From: Mobula hypostoma
Taxonomy: Eukaryota
NCBI RefSeq assembly: GCF_963921235.1
Contig: NC_086097.1
Span: 225,868,001-225,932,000 of the forward strand
DNA: 64,000 nucleotides
Reading direction: 5' to 3'
Program-made: the position numbers and the translations under genes
Notes under the pieces: generated by a model
Database searches by the model: none
What the model was told of the DNA's origin: nothing
Seen by the model: the letters and a program-made list of their open reading frames with translations, nothing else
Shown: positions 36,701-48,359 of the stretch, one piece after another
How the letters are laid out: each line of letters starts with the position of its first letter
Position numbering within the stretch: position 1 is the first letter of the stretch

Positions 36701-39340
36701 TTTTATTCACTTCTTGTCAAATTTCAAGGTATTCATGTCCTTTGCAATAATGTTTTTCAGGTTGTGCAACTTTAATCTGCCTTATCAAAATCAAAGCATA
36801 ATAACGTTTACAAGATATCTTGGTCAATAACATGGACAGTCTTAAAGGTGTTATTCTGTGCTTAAATACAGTCAAGGCGCAAGACAGTGGATAATACACT
36901 GTAATGGATTAATCAATACTTATTATGGTTTTATTGGTTCACTAAAGAGAGAACAGACCTGGTGAGCAAAGAGTAGGGGAAAAAATACTCACTGCATCTG
37001 ATCTAGATAACGTCTCTGCTCCCTAAGGGATTTCCCTATTCAAGAATCCAATTTACTATGCCTGATTGACAAGGATTGGATCCTTGGGAATCGCATAACT
37101 CTTTTAGGAGCTAATAAAACCTTAATGGATTTGTCCAACTGTTCAGCAGATTTCAAGTTTTACTAAACTGTGGTGGTTTGTGACGATTAGCCTTTGTTCC
37201 TTATCATAATGCGAAAGCAGGACAATTAAGATTTATTTTCCTATATTAAAAAAATTAACCCTTGCTATGAGATCTACTCTGCTGCACTAGACTCAAAACA
37301 ATATTTGGTCTTGGTATATTAATTATGAAATTGAGCTAAGACTCACTTTATTTAGCAAAGCCCAGTCGGCTTTCTTGCGTCATTACACCAAGTCAGTGAT
37401 ATAAATATATGTTAAACTAAATTTCCTTCATGAATCAAGCCTTACTTTTATAATTTTAGCTGTCGTTATTGATGTAATTGTCTCTCATCTGTAAGATAAT
37501 CACCCTGTGTCTGCCTCACTCACACTGGCTTTTTAGAGAAACTATTGACAAGATTATTTGGATTCTTTCTCGTGCCTTAAGAAAATCCATCAGCTAATAG
37601 TCGAGTCTGTAGTGTTGGTCCACAAGAAGTGTTAAAGATGCTTTTTCTGCTGTCCACATTCACTTGTACATTCAGAAACCCTCTTCCACTTTGCGGCAAT
37701 TATTTCTTTCTCAGATCGGCAGACATGCTCTGTTCTGGCCTGTTCATATATGCCCTAAGATCAGTGTATGTCCACGGGAAACAAAGCATTATCAGAAATG
37801 TCTAAAAATGACCATTTGTTCAGGAAAAATTACCCTGAAACAAAAAACAAATGTGCAGGTATTTTTTTCCTGGATTTTACGTTAGCCATTGTTTAAAGAA
37901 TATATACTTTTACCTTCTCATGACCTTGGGCTTTTACATTTTATAAGGCTTAGTAGTGTGGATGGGATAATTGGCAATATCCCCCGTGGCACTTTTTTTG
38001 TTGGCTGTGACCCTTGCAAGCCTCTGATACCTTTGAGTTCATCTTGAGAGGTATTAAGGAGAACGCTTTCATTAAACATTTCAGGCTCCAAGGTTCGGTC
38101 CTCAAACTATGCATCTGCATGTGCATGCTTTTGTGCATTGAGGGGGATGGGAATGGGGGGGCGGGGGGAATGCTGGGACTGAGAGAAATTGAGAGGGGTC
38201 ATCATGCAACCACATGAGAAACACAAAGTCCAGGTGATTTGAGCTACAGTTAATTAAAATGATAATTAAAGTTATTATCTTACCTGTTTATTCAGGGGCA
38301 CATGGACATTTAATGGGAACAAATCAAGAAAGAAAGGCTTCCTGTCAATTAGTCCTAAAGAATTCACCAAATAATCAAGGAGGTGAGGGGGTCAGGTTAC
38401 AGCATTGCACAATAACAAAAAGACAGTAATTCAGCACCTCTTCCTTCTCTTGGAAACAACCCAAAGGTATGAGAGAGGAAAGACAAGAAGATTACCTGTG
38501 TAACTTGATCTTAAGAGTACCAGAGAATAATGGTGTACTCCCTGATCCCTGTCTGTGGTAGAACCTGCTGCCAACAAAAGATGTGTCTAGTACAAATATA
38601 GGCCTGTCAACCGAGGAACAACAAAACTCTTCAGCCTCTTGTCACTGATCCTGACAGTACGTCCTAGTCCAGAGAAAGAGAGCAGAAATGTGATTCCACT
38701 GTGGTCTTCGCACTGCTCCCCAGACCTCACCTTAGTAAAATGTCATGGCATGACTAGCACTACTTTTGCTGAAGTGCAGTATTGGGCTGAGTGTAAATTA
38801 AACACGGCCCTTTTGTTTTTTGATCATTTTCTCAGACAGTGCCACTTGATTACAATAGAGATTGAAGAACAACGGTGGTACCTCTCCAAGGCATGAAGAG
38901 ATCTAATCAAAATGATGCAAGAAATCATTAAAGATACATGTTGGTTGAAAACAGCTTAATGATAACTTGTTGACAGAACAAAGCAGACTCCCTTATTCGG
39001 AAAACAGAAAAAAATCATACGGGATAACATGGTTATAACATTTTTCAAACACCTTGAAAATTGTATGCTTTATGGGGAATTGCTTGATTATGAATAAGAA
39101 AAAGATTCAAAATTCTCACCAGTAATTACAACCATTGTAACATTCTAATTAAGCAGTGTAGTAGCTAATTGAATATTAAAGTTGTAATGTGAACAAAGTC
39201 ACCACAGAAACATTAAAGCTACTGGATACAGAAGTGCCTTATTCAACAAAATAAGACACTCTTGGAGGAAAAGGCCTGCTTGACCCAATGTTACATGACA
39301 TTTTATGTGCTATAGATCGAAGGTACCAGTAGGAAAATTC
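33740..39340. promoter_or_regulatory. Repeat-free island, candidate cluster of conserved non-coding elements (enhancers)
   Basis: No recognisable TE in ~5.6 kb. Motifs include TAATTA (38250-38268), TGATTGAC (37063-37070) and CTGTCA (34303, 38342). Conservation not tested. Confidence 0.4.
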
Positions 39341-39348
39341 TATAGTTA

Positions 39349-40037
39349 TGTAAGGGGTTTCTTCTTTTATGTTACTGCGTAGGTTAATTAAAATGGCTTC
39401 TTTGTTATGTTAACTGCTGAAAAAGTTCTCTCGCTAGCAGCTTGTTTGGGTTATATTATTGATAAGAGAGCATACGAACCAATTGGGATAGATGTTATTC
39501 TTTCTTGTGTGTCTGCAAGCTATTGTGATGCACAGGTTTTTGGGGCAGAAGGCACAATGGGGAGAGAGAGAGTGGACACGGTGCTGTGAGCTGGCTAACG
39601 GGGTTGGACCCTGAGCAGGAGTCCGAGGTCCAGGGTTTTCAGCAAGGAGAGGAGACAGAGACAGACTCATGTGGAGCATCTGGTCGACCACCGTGGTTGG
39701 TCCCAGGCGGCGGGTCAAAGTGGTCAGAGGGGATCGAATGGTGAAGAGAAGATCGTTGCTAGAGCTCCAACTGTTTGTACATGAAGAGATTGAACTTTGA
39801 TAAGTTTGGCGCCTTTTATTTTCCTTTTATATTTTATCGCTATTAAGTATATAGTTCCAGTAATATCTATAAATTGTAAACAATTAATTGTATATGGTGT
39901 TTTGTCTGTTATTTGGCGGGGTGGGGTACATCACACAGCATCGACACAAACTTAATTACCCAGTTTGGTGGGGCTGAGGGCTGTTTCCCCTAGACGACAG
40001 CGAGTTGAGCAAGCCTGAGGCTTTCCAGGGGGCTACA
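39349..40037. mobile_element. Probable solo LTR (Gypsy or ERV1-type), 689 bp
   Basis: Begins TGTA and ends TACA, flanked by a perfect GTTA direct repeat (39345-39348 / 40038-40041). It is CpG-richer than the flanks and has no internal ORF. Confidence 0.7.
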
Positions 40038-40427
40038 GTTACAATGCTTCCTTTGAATTATATATGTATATTTTCACACACCTTCTTCGTACCCACACTC
40101 CAGACACATAAAATGAATATAAATCAGCATTGTCTGGGTTTCAATCAACTGGTGTCCACAGCTCCAGGAAACCTGTAGTTCACGGCTGCATTTTAAATTT
40201 AATCTACAATCCATGTTCTTGTCTGAAGAACGGCTGATGTTAAACTTAATAGTTGTTATATGCCCTAACAAAAGTAATATGTGATGCGTTGTTGTGAGCT
40301 TAAAGATTGTGGTTTGAGGCATTGCTATCAGTTTTCAACTGGTTTGATGCACTCAATGAAGTGCTAATGATCTGAAAACTTATTGGGCTTGAATTTCTAG
40401 GAAATAGCAGCAGGCTGCACAGTGCAT

Positions 40428-40835
40428 ATTGGAATTGGAATTGGTTTATTATTGTCACGTAATGAGATACAACAAAAAGCTTGTCGCACATACTGTGCAG
40501 ACAGATCAGATCATTACACAGTGCATTGAGGTAGAACAAAGTAAAACAATAACAGTGAAGAATAAAGTGTAACATCCACAGAGAAAGTGCAGTGCAGGTA
40601 AACAATAAGGTTCAAGCTCGTAATGAGATAGATTGTGAGGTCGAGAGTCCACTCATCATTAGTCGAAGCTGCTTAATAGTCATTACAGTGGGATAGAAGA
40701 TATCCCAGAGCCTGGTGGTAAGTGATTACACATTTTTGTATCCTCTGACCAATGGAAGAGGGGAAATGAGAATGTTTGGGTGGGTAGGGTCTTTGATTAT
40801 GCTAACTGTTTTACTGAGGCAGTGAGAAGTGCAGT
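40428..40835 (-). mobile_element. Rex1/Babar-type 3' fragment
   Basis: TTGGAATTGGAATTGGTTTATTATTGTCAC tail; the minus strand gives IIKDPTHP..PLPL and TTRL..FYPTV-like remnants. Confidence 0.6.
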
Positions 40836-40840
40836 GTACT

Positions 40841-40942
40841 TTATCGATTTGTACTCCAGGGAGCAGGAAGCGCAGAATCAAATATCGCTGTGATGATTGT
40901 ACGCTCTAGTATCAATTGTTTGGCGACAATAAAGTATAAAGT
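40841..40942 (+). mobile_element. ~100-bp 3' tip of the young Rex1/Babar family at 55622 and 57943
   Basis: Near-identical to 56374-56483 and 58269-58370. Confidence 0.85.
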
Positions 40943-41524
40943 ACTAATCATGCAGCAATTTGTGAATAGGGGGATGAAATACCCTGTGAGTTTGAAGCAC
41001 CACAAATTGCAGGATGATTTGGCTGCTCCACCATTAGCATCAAATAAAGAGGAGCATCTCCTCAAACCCACACTTCCAGTGTATTTCAATAAATTATGAC
41101 ATTGATACATTACATAGAGTTATATATCTGAATCTGTACTAATGAGGATAGATACGTTCCAGCAATGACAGCCTAAATGAGAAATTGTGAACTTTGATAT
41201 CAACATGCAGCAAATTGTTCTTAGACATTTTTCCTGAATTTCATTTTTTCTATTTATCTCTTCCATTCATTGTTTCTCCTCTATGTTTCTTACCCTGTAC
41301 CCGATTTGATGTTGAAAAAATATCATTTTCCACCCCATTTCCAGCTTTTCCCCCAGTCTTTAACAACAGCTTGCTGAAAGAGATCAAACATTTTTTCCCA
41401 TCTTTCACCGGGGTCCCACATGACCTCTAATGCCCATCTATACTTCCAGTGGCCTGACATGGAATTATTTTTCCAACCTAAAGGATAAGAGGAAAGGGGA
41501 AAGGTTTAACTATGGACAATTCTG

Positions 41525-42235
41525 AGCAACACATACAAAACGCTGGAAGAACTCAGCAGGTCAGGCGGCATCTATGGAAAGGAATAAACTGTCAACATTT
41601 TGTGCTGAGAAGCTTCTTTGGGACTGGAAAAGAAGAGGGGTGATGCCAGAACAAAAAAGTGGTGTGAGGGGAAAGATGATAGCTAGAAGGTGATAGGTGA
41701 AACCCGGTGGGTGAGAAAGCAAAAGTGCTGGAGAAGAAGGAATCTGACAAGAGAGGAGAGTGGATCATAGGAGAAAGGGAAGGAGGAGGGGCACCAGGGA
41801 GAATTGATAGGCAAGTAAGGAGAAGAGGTAAGTGGCAAGAGTGGGGAATAGAAGACAAGGGAAGGGGGAGAGAAAACACAATTACCAACAAGTAAAAGAG
41901 GAGGCCACGTACAGACGTGTCGGAATGAGAACAGGAGGACGATAGGAATTAAAATTTTTGAACACCAGGAACTTCAGCTTTTTGCAGATGGAGCTGAAGT
42001 GCTTAGCAAAGCGATCCCCCAAGTTATGCCAGGTCTCACCAGTACAGAGGAGGCCACAATGGGAGCACCGGATATAATAGCCAATCCCAACAGATTCGCA
42101 AGTAAAGTGTTGCCTCGCCTGGAAGGACTGTTTTGATGACTGAAGGGAGGAAGAGAATGTGCAGGTGTAGCATTTGTTTTGCTTATTGGGATATGTGCCA
42201 GGAGGGAGAATAGTGGGAAGGACTAAGTTGACAAG
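41525..42235 (-). mobile_element. Penelope-like element 3' part (GIY-YIG endonuclease remnant, 3' UTR, terminal repeat)
   Basis: The minus strand at ~42000-42135 reads KQSFQARQHFTCESVGIGYYIRCSHCGLLCTGETWHNLGDRFAKH. The terminal repeat with a decayed hammerhead is at 41525-41628. Confidence 0.8.
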
Positions 42236-42611
42236 GGATGATTCTTTCTCAGGTGATGCATTTCCAAATGAAAAATATCATGTTATTTATGTTGTGTATA
42301 TCAGGTTACCACAAGTCAAGCAAATTGTCCACAAAGTAGTTTCCCTTCAGTGTTGGCACACAGTAGACTATCGATGGAATGAAGATAACTTTTACCGGTA
42401 CATACGTCAGCAGCAGGACAATTAACAGAATAGGGATCTGCCAAGGGGTTTCAATTCAGTTGTATATTAAATATACAGTTTTGATGAGTATACTGATGAT
42501 ATATAGATGAAATTTTATTATAATTATATTCAATTTATTTCATTTTAGACTACTTAGGCAATCAACTCTAGCAATTCTCAGAGCACTCCCATTTCCCCAG
42601 TTAAAGCCTTA

Positions 42612-45100
42612 AAGACCATGAAATATACTGCAATAGCATAATCAGGCCATCCTGCTCATCAAGTCTGCTCAATCCATTTTATCATGGCTGATCAATTTTC
42701 ACTTTCAACCGCCTTCTCCTGCCTTCTCCTTGTAATCTTTCATGCCCTGAATAATCAAGAACCTATAGACCACTGCCTCAAATACACCCAATGACAAAAC
42801 CTCCACAGTCACCTGTGGCAATGAATTCCACAGATTAACTACTCTCTATCTAAAGAAATTCCTCCTCATCTCTGTTCTAAATGGATTTCTCTTATGCTGA
42901 AGTGACCTCTGTGACTTCTGGTCCTTGACTTCCCCACTATAGGAAACATCTTCTGCACATGCACTCTGTCTCGGCCTTTCAATATTCATTAGGCCTCAGT
43001 GAGATCCCTCCTCATTTTTCTAAGTTCAAGCAAATACAAGCAAAATGCCATCAAATGCTCCTCATACGATAAACCTTTTATTGCTGGAGTTATTCTCGTG
43101 AACCTCCTCTGGATGTTCTCAAAAAGTAGGCACATCCTTTCTTAGATAAGGGGTCCAAAACTGTTCACAGTACTCCACATGCAGTCTGACTAATGCCTTA
43201 TAAAGCCTCAGCATCATATCAATGCTATTATCTTCTAGTCCTCTTGAAATGAATATTAACATTGTATTTGCCTTCCTTACCACTGATTCAACCTGCAAGT
43301 TAACCTTTAGGGAACCCTGACAAAGACTTCCAAGTCCCCTTGCACCTCAGATTTGTGAATTTTCTGCATGTTTAGAAAATAGTCTACGCTTTTGTTCCTT
43401 CTACCAGAGTGCATGATCATACACTTCTTGACTCTATATTCCATCCGCCACTTCTCCATTCTCTTAATCTGTCTAAGTCCTTCTTCTGCCTCCCTACTTC
43501 TTCTAAGTTACCTGCCTCTTCACCTATCTTTGTATCATCGCCAAACTTGGCCACAAAGCCATCAATTCCATCATCCAAATCATTGACATGTAATGTAAAA
43601 AGAAGCAATTGCAGCCCCAACCACTAAGGAGCAGCCATCCAGAAAAGGCTCTCTTCATTCCCACTCTTTACCTCTACTAACCAGCCATTCCTTTATCCAT
43701 GCTAGTATCTTTCCTGTAATATCTTGGGCTCTTACCTTGTTAAGCAGCCTCATCTGTGGCACCTTATCAAAGGCCTTCTGAAAATCCAAGTACACAACAT
43801 CCACTGATTTTCCTTTGTCTATCTTGCCTTCTACTTCATCAAAGAATTCCAACATTTTTTTTCAGGCAAGATTTTCCCTTAAGAAAACATTGCTGACTTT
43901 GGCCTATCTTATCGTGTGCCTCCAAGCACCCCAAGACCTCATTCTTAACAATTGACATCTTCCCAACCACTGACATAGGCTAACTGGCCTATTTCTTCTG
44001 CCTCTCTCCCTTCTTGAAGAGTGGATTGACATTTACAATTCTGCACTCCTCTGGAACCATGCCAGAATCTACTGATTCTTGAAAGATCATTACTAATGCC
44101 CTCTTTTCCTTTTATGCTGGCTTTGATTTCCCATATCAACCACGATTGCCACATCCTCTCTTTAGAATACACTTCACCTTTGGGATTCTTGAAAGATCAT
44201 TATCAATGTCTCCAAAATCTCTTCAGCTACCACCTTCAGAACCATGGGGTATGTAGTCCATCTGGTACAGGTGATGTATCCACCTTCAGACCTTTCAGCT
44301 TCCCAAGAATCTTCTCCTTAGTAATAGCAATTGCACTCATTTTTGCCCCCTGACACTCTCAAATTCCATAAAACTGCAAGTGTGTTCCACAGTGAAGATG
44401 GATGCAAAGTATTTATTCAGTTTTTCCGCCATTTCCTTGTCCCTATTACTTCCTCTCCAGTGTCATTTTTGAGCAGTCCTATATACACTCTCACCTCTCT
44501 TTTACTATTTTATATCAGAAAAACTTTTGCTATCCTCTTTGATATTATTGTCTACCTTACCTTCATATTTCATCTTTTCCATCCTTATGACATTTTTTGT
44601 TGCCTTCTGTTGGTTTTTAAAAGCTTTCTAAACTTCTAACTTCCCACTATTTTTGCTCTATCATATGTCTTCTCTTTTACTTGTCAGTCATGGTTGCATC
44701 ATCCTGCCTTTAAAATACTTCTTCTTTGGGATGTATCTATCCTGTGCCATCTGAACTTCTCCCAGAACTTGTTGTTCTGCCACCATCCTTGCTCATGTGC
44801 CCTTTGAATCAACTTTGGCCAGCAATTCTCTCATACTTCTGTAATTCCCTTTACTCCTCTGTAATACTGATATATCTGACTTTAGTTTCTCCCTCTCAAA
44901 GATACCTACAAGATCATCCACCTTATTCCACATACTGCGTGCATTCAAATATAATACCTTTAGTCCTGTATTTGTCATCATTTCAGAATTTGTCCCCATG
45001 TTCACCTGCAATTATCCCACTGGCTGCAGTTTTGCCCTATCATCTGCTTGTCCTTGCAGAAGATCTTACTGAATACTGAATCTACCTGTATTGCAACAGC
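42612..45100 (-). mobile_element. Degenerate, internally deleted and rearranged CR1
   Basis: LKVLYLNARSMWNKVDDL, VVYLDFQKAFDKVP, AKFGDDTKIG and the 3' UTR near 42620. ATTCTTGAAAGATCATTA is duplicated at ~44075 and ~44185. Confidence 0.85.
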
Positions 45101-45164
45101 CCAAACCTCAGCCCTGTCCCCCTGTACTCACTGAAAGTCCATCATTTCCTCCTAAGTTGCTGCA

Positions 45165-45545
45165 ATGTCTGGAGCTCCAACAGAAATTTTCAAATCTTTT
45201 CTGTCCGCAGGTAAAGTATCAGATGACTGTCAGACAGTGAAGAGCAATAGAGATAAAGCCAAGTGCTTATATACCAGGACATTTCATATCAATGTTAGGG
45301 AACTCATTGAAAACCTATATTGGACAGAATTAATCAGCATTTGGAGAGTCAGAGGTTGATCAGCATGTGTTCATCAAAGGAAGATCTTGTCTGACTAATT
45401 TGATCCAGTTTTCCAAAAAATGACAATATGTGTTGTTGAGGGTAGCGCAGTTGATGTAGTTTTGGTGAGCTTCAGTAAGACCTTTGACAAGGTCCCAGAT
45501 GGCAATCAGAGCAAATTGGCAAATTGTATCTGAAATTGGCTTGCT
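45165..45545 (+). mobile_element. Old CR1 RT fragment
   Basis: QHVFIKGRSCLTNLIQF and FSKTFDKVP remnants. Confidence 0.6.
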
Positions 45546-45546
45546 G

Positions 45547-45690
45547 ACTGCCACAGATTCTCCACCCACTGGCTGAAGAAATTCTCTGTTCCAAAGGGAT
45601 GTCCTTCTATTCTGAGGCTGTGCCTTCTGGTCCTAGACTCTCTCACTGTAGGAAACATCCCATCCACATCCTCTTCCACCTGGTGAGAAT
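45547..45690 (-). mobile_element. CR1 3' coding fragment
   Basis: Reads MFPTVRESRTRRHSLRIEGHPF..NFFSQWVENLW. Confidence 0.7.
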
Positions 45691-46080
45691 TAGTAAGGAG
45701 GTACTTGATGGTCGACACAAATACAAAGGGCAAAAGGACCTGTTTCTGTGCTGTATAACTCTGTATAAAAGCTTGTACATTCTCCCATGGCCACATGTGC
45801 TTGCTGCAGCTGCTCTGATTTTCTTCCACATTCCAAACACATACAGGTTAATTGGTCACATGAGCAGCATAGGCTCATTGGGCCTGGAGGACCTGTTACT
45901 AACCTATATCTTTAAGTAAATAAATATCTCCAACATTGTAGATGATGCTCTTTCACTGTGATTAGAGTGAACGTCAACCTCACCAAACTTAATACCTGGA
46001 CACACTTTCTTTTAAACCCAGACTGTTGATAGGCCTACTCGTTTTTGATTGTAATTTGTTTCTGAATTCTACTGTATCTA

Positions 46081-47760
46081 CAGATGGCATGCAAAAGTTT
46101 GGACGCCCCAGTCAAAATTTCTGTTACTATGAATAGTTAAGTGAGTAGAAGATGAACTGATCTCCAAGAGTCATAAAGTTAAAGATGAAACATTCTTTTC
46201 AACATCTTAAGCAAATTAGTGTATTGTGTTTGTTTTATACAATTTTAGAGTGAAAAAAAGGAAAAGAGCACCACGCAAAAGTTTGGGCACCACAAGATAT
46301 TTGAGCTCTCAGATAACTTTTACCAAGTTCTCAGACCTTAATTAGCTTGTTAGGGCTATGGCTTATTCACAATCATCGTTGGGAAAGGCCAAGTGATGTA
46401 AATTTCAAATCTTTATAAATACCCTGACTTCTCAAACATTGTCCCAACAATCAGCAGCCATGGACTCCTCTAAACAGCTGCCTAGCACTCTAAAAATTAA
46501 AATAAATGATGCCCTCAAAGCAGGAGAAGGTTATAACAAGATAGCAAAGCCTTTTCAGGTAGCCTTTTCCTCAGTTCATAATGTAGTTAAGGAATGGCAG
46601 TTAACAGGATTGGTGGAGGTCAAGTTGAGGTCTGGAAGACCAAAAAAAACTTTCCGAGAGAACTGCTCATAGGATTGCTAGAAAGGCAAATCAAAACCCC
46701 TGTTTAACTGCAAAGTACCTTCAGGAAGATTTAACAGACTCTGGAGTGGTGGTACATTGTTCTACTGTGCAGTGACACCTGCACAAATATGACCTTCATG
46801 GAAGAGTCATCAGAAGAAAACCTTTCCTGCATCCTCACCACAAAATCCAATGTCAGAAGTTTGCAAAGCAACATCTAAACAAGTCGGATGCATTTTGGAA
46901 ACAAGTCCTGTGGACAGTTGAAGTTAAAATAGAACTTTTTGGCTGCAATGAGCAAAGGTATGTTTGGAGAAAAAAGGGAGCAGAATTTCATGAAAAGAAC
47001 ACCTCTCTAGCTGTTAAGCACGGGGATGGATCGATCATGCTTTGGCCTTGTGTTGCAGCCAGTGGCACGGGGAAGAATGAATTCAATTAAATACCAGCAA
47101 ATTCTGGAAGCAAACATCATACTGTTTGTAAAAAAGCTGAAGGTGAAAAGAGGATGGCTTCTACAACAGGATAATGATCCTAAACACACCTCAAAATCCA
47201 CAATGGACTACCTCAAGAGGCGCAAGCTGAAGGTTTTGCCATGGCCCTCACAACCCCCTGACCTAAACGTCATCGAAAATCTGTGGATAGACCTCAAAAG
47301 AGCAGTGCATGCAAGATGACCCAAGAATCTCACAAAACTAGAAGCCTTTTGAAAGGAATAATGGGTGTAAATCCCCCAAACAAGAATTGAAGGACTCTTA
47401 GCTGGCTACAGAAAGCATTTACAAGCTGCGATATTTTCTCTTGAGAGCCCATAAGTAGATCTACAGAATGAAGACCATCATCCTCGACCTCAAGGAATAG
47501 CCACAACCGACTTGCCAAAGGGGGTGTTACTAAGTACTGACCATGCAGGGTGCCCAAACTTTTGTTTCAGGCCCTTTTCCTTTTTTGTTATTTTGAAACT
47601 GTAAAAGATGGAAATAAAAAAGTAATCTTGCTTAAAATATTAAAGAAATGTGTCATCTTTAACTTTATGCCTTTTGGAAATCAGGTCATCTTTTACTCGC
47701 TTAGCTATTCACAGTAACAGAAATTTTGACCTGGAGTGCTCAAACTTTTGCATGCTACTG
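46081..47760 (+). mobile_element. Full-length Tc1-family DNA transposon of IR/DR type (inactive)
   Basis: TA flanks at 46079-46080 and 47761-47762; ~210-bp imperfect TIRs starting CAG..GCATGCAAAAGTTTG; inner direct repeats at 46276-46291 and 47549-47564. Confidence 0.93.
46460..47540 (+). pseudogene. Tc1 DD34E transposase pseudogene
   Basis: N-terminal HTH (GEGYNKIAK) and GRP motifs; first catalytic D appears as V (LWTVEVKIE); QQDNDPKH..(34 aa)..IENLW; ends AKGGVTKY*. Frameshifts, stops and a 77-bp insertion are present. Confidence 0.88.
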
Positions 47761-48204
47761 TATTTGTCTATTTATTTATTTATTTAGAGATACAACACAG
47801 AACAAGCCTTTCCAGCCTAATGAGCCGCACTTGCATTACAACAATTTAAACCTAGCGTAATCAAAGGGCAATTTAATAACCGGTACATCTTTGGACAAGG
47901 AGTTGAAACTGGAGCACCCAATCATCTCTCCCTGAATTCTCAAACTACAATGTCCTTCTGCATAGGGAGTACAGATGAGGGATAATCATTGAAAACATCA
48001 CTTACGCACTTCAGCCCGCTGCACAGATTGACGCATTGGTCCCTAATTGGCCCTTTTTTTTTACGGTTATCCTCTTGCTCTCAATATACTTATGAAATGC
48101 TTTTGTATTTTTCTCAGCAGAATTATTTTATGTTTCTTAGTTGTGCTACTAATTATTTTTGTAATAGCCATGCCCCGCCCTACTGTTAACACTGCTAAAT
48201 ATAT

Positions 48205-48316
48205 GTACACAAACACTCGCACACATGCGCACGCAAACACACACACAAGCACACACTCGCATCTATACACACACATGCACAGACACATATACATATGCGC
48301 ACATATACATGCACGT

Positions 48317-48356
<40 letters not shown>
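48205..48356. repeat. Compound (CA)n microsatellite
   Basis: Pure CA run at ~48318-48355, preceded by degenerate purine-pyrimidine alternation. Confidence 0.95.

Positions 48357-48359
<3 letters not shown>

Noticed and set aside
38142..38168. Four G-tracts, potential G-quadruplex
   Set aside because: Such motifs are common and nothing in the sequence supports a function.
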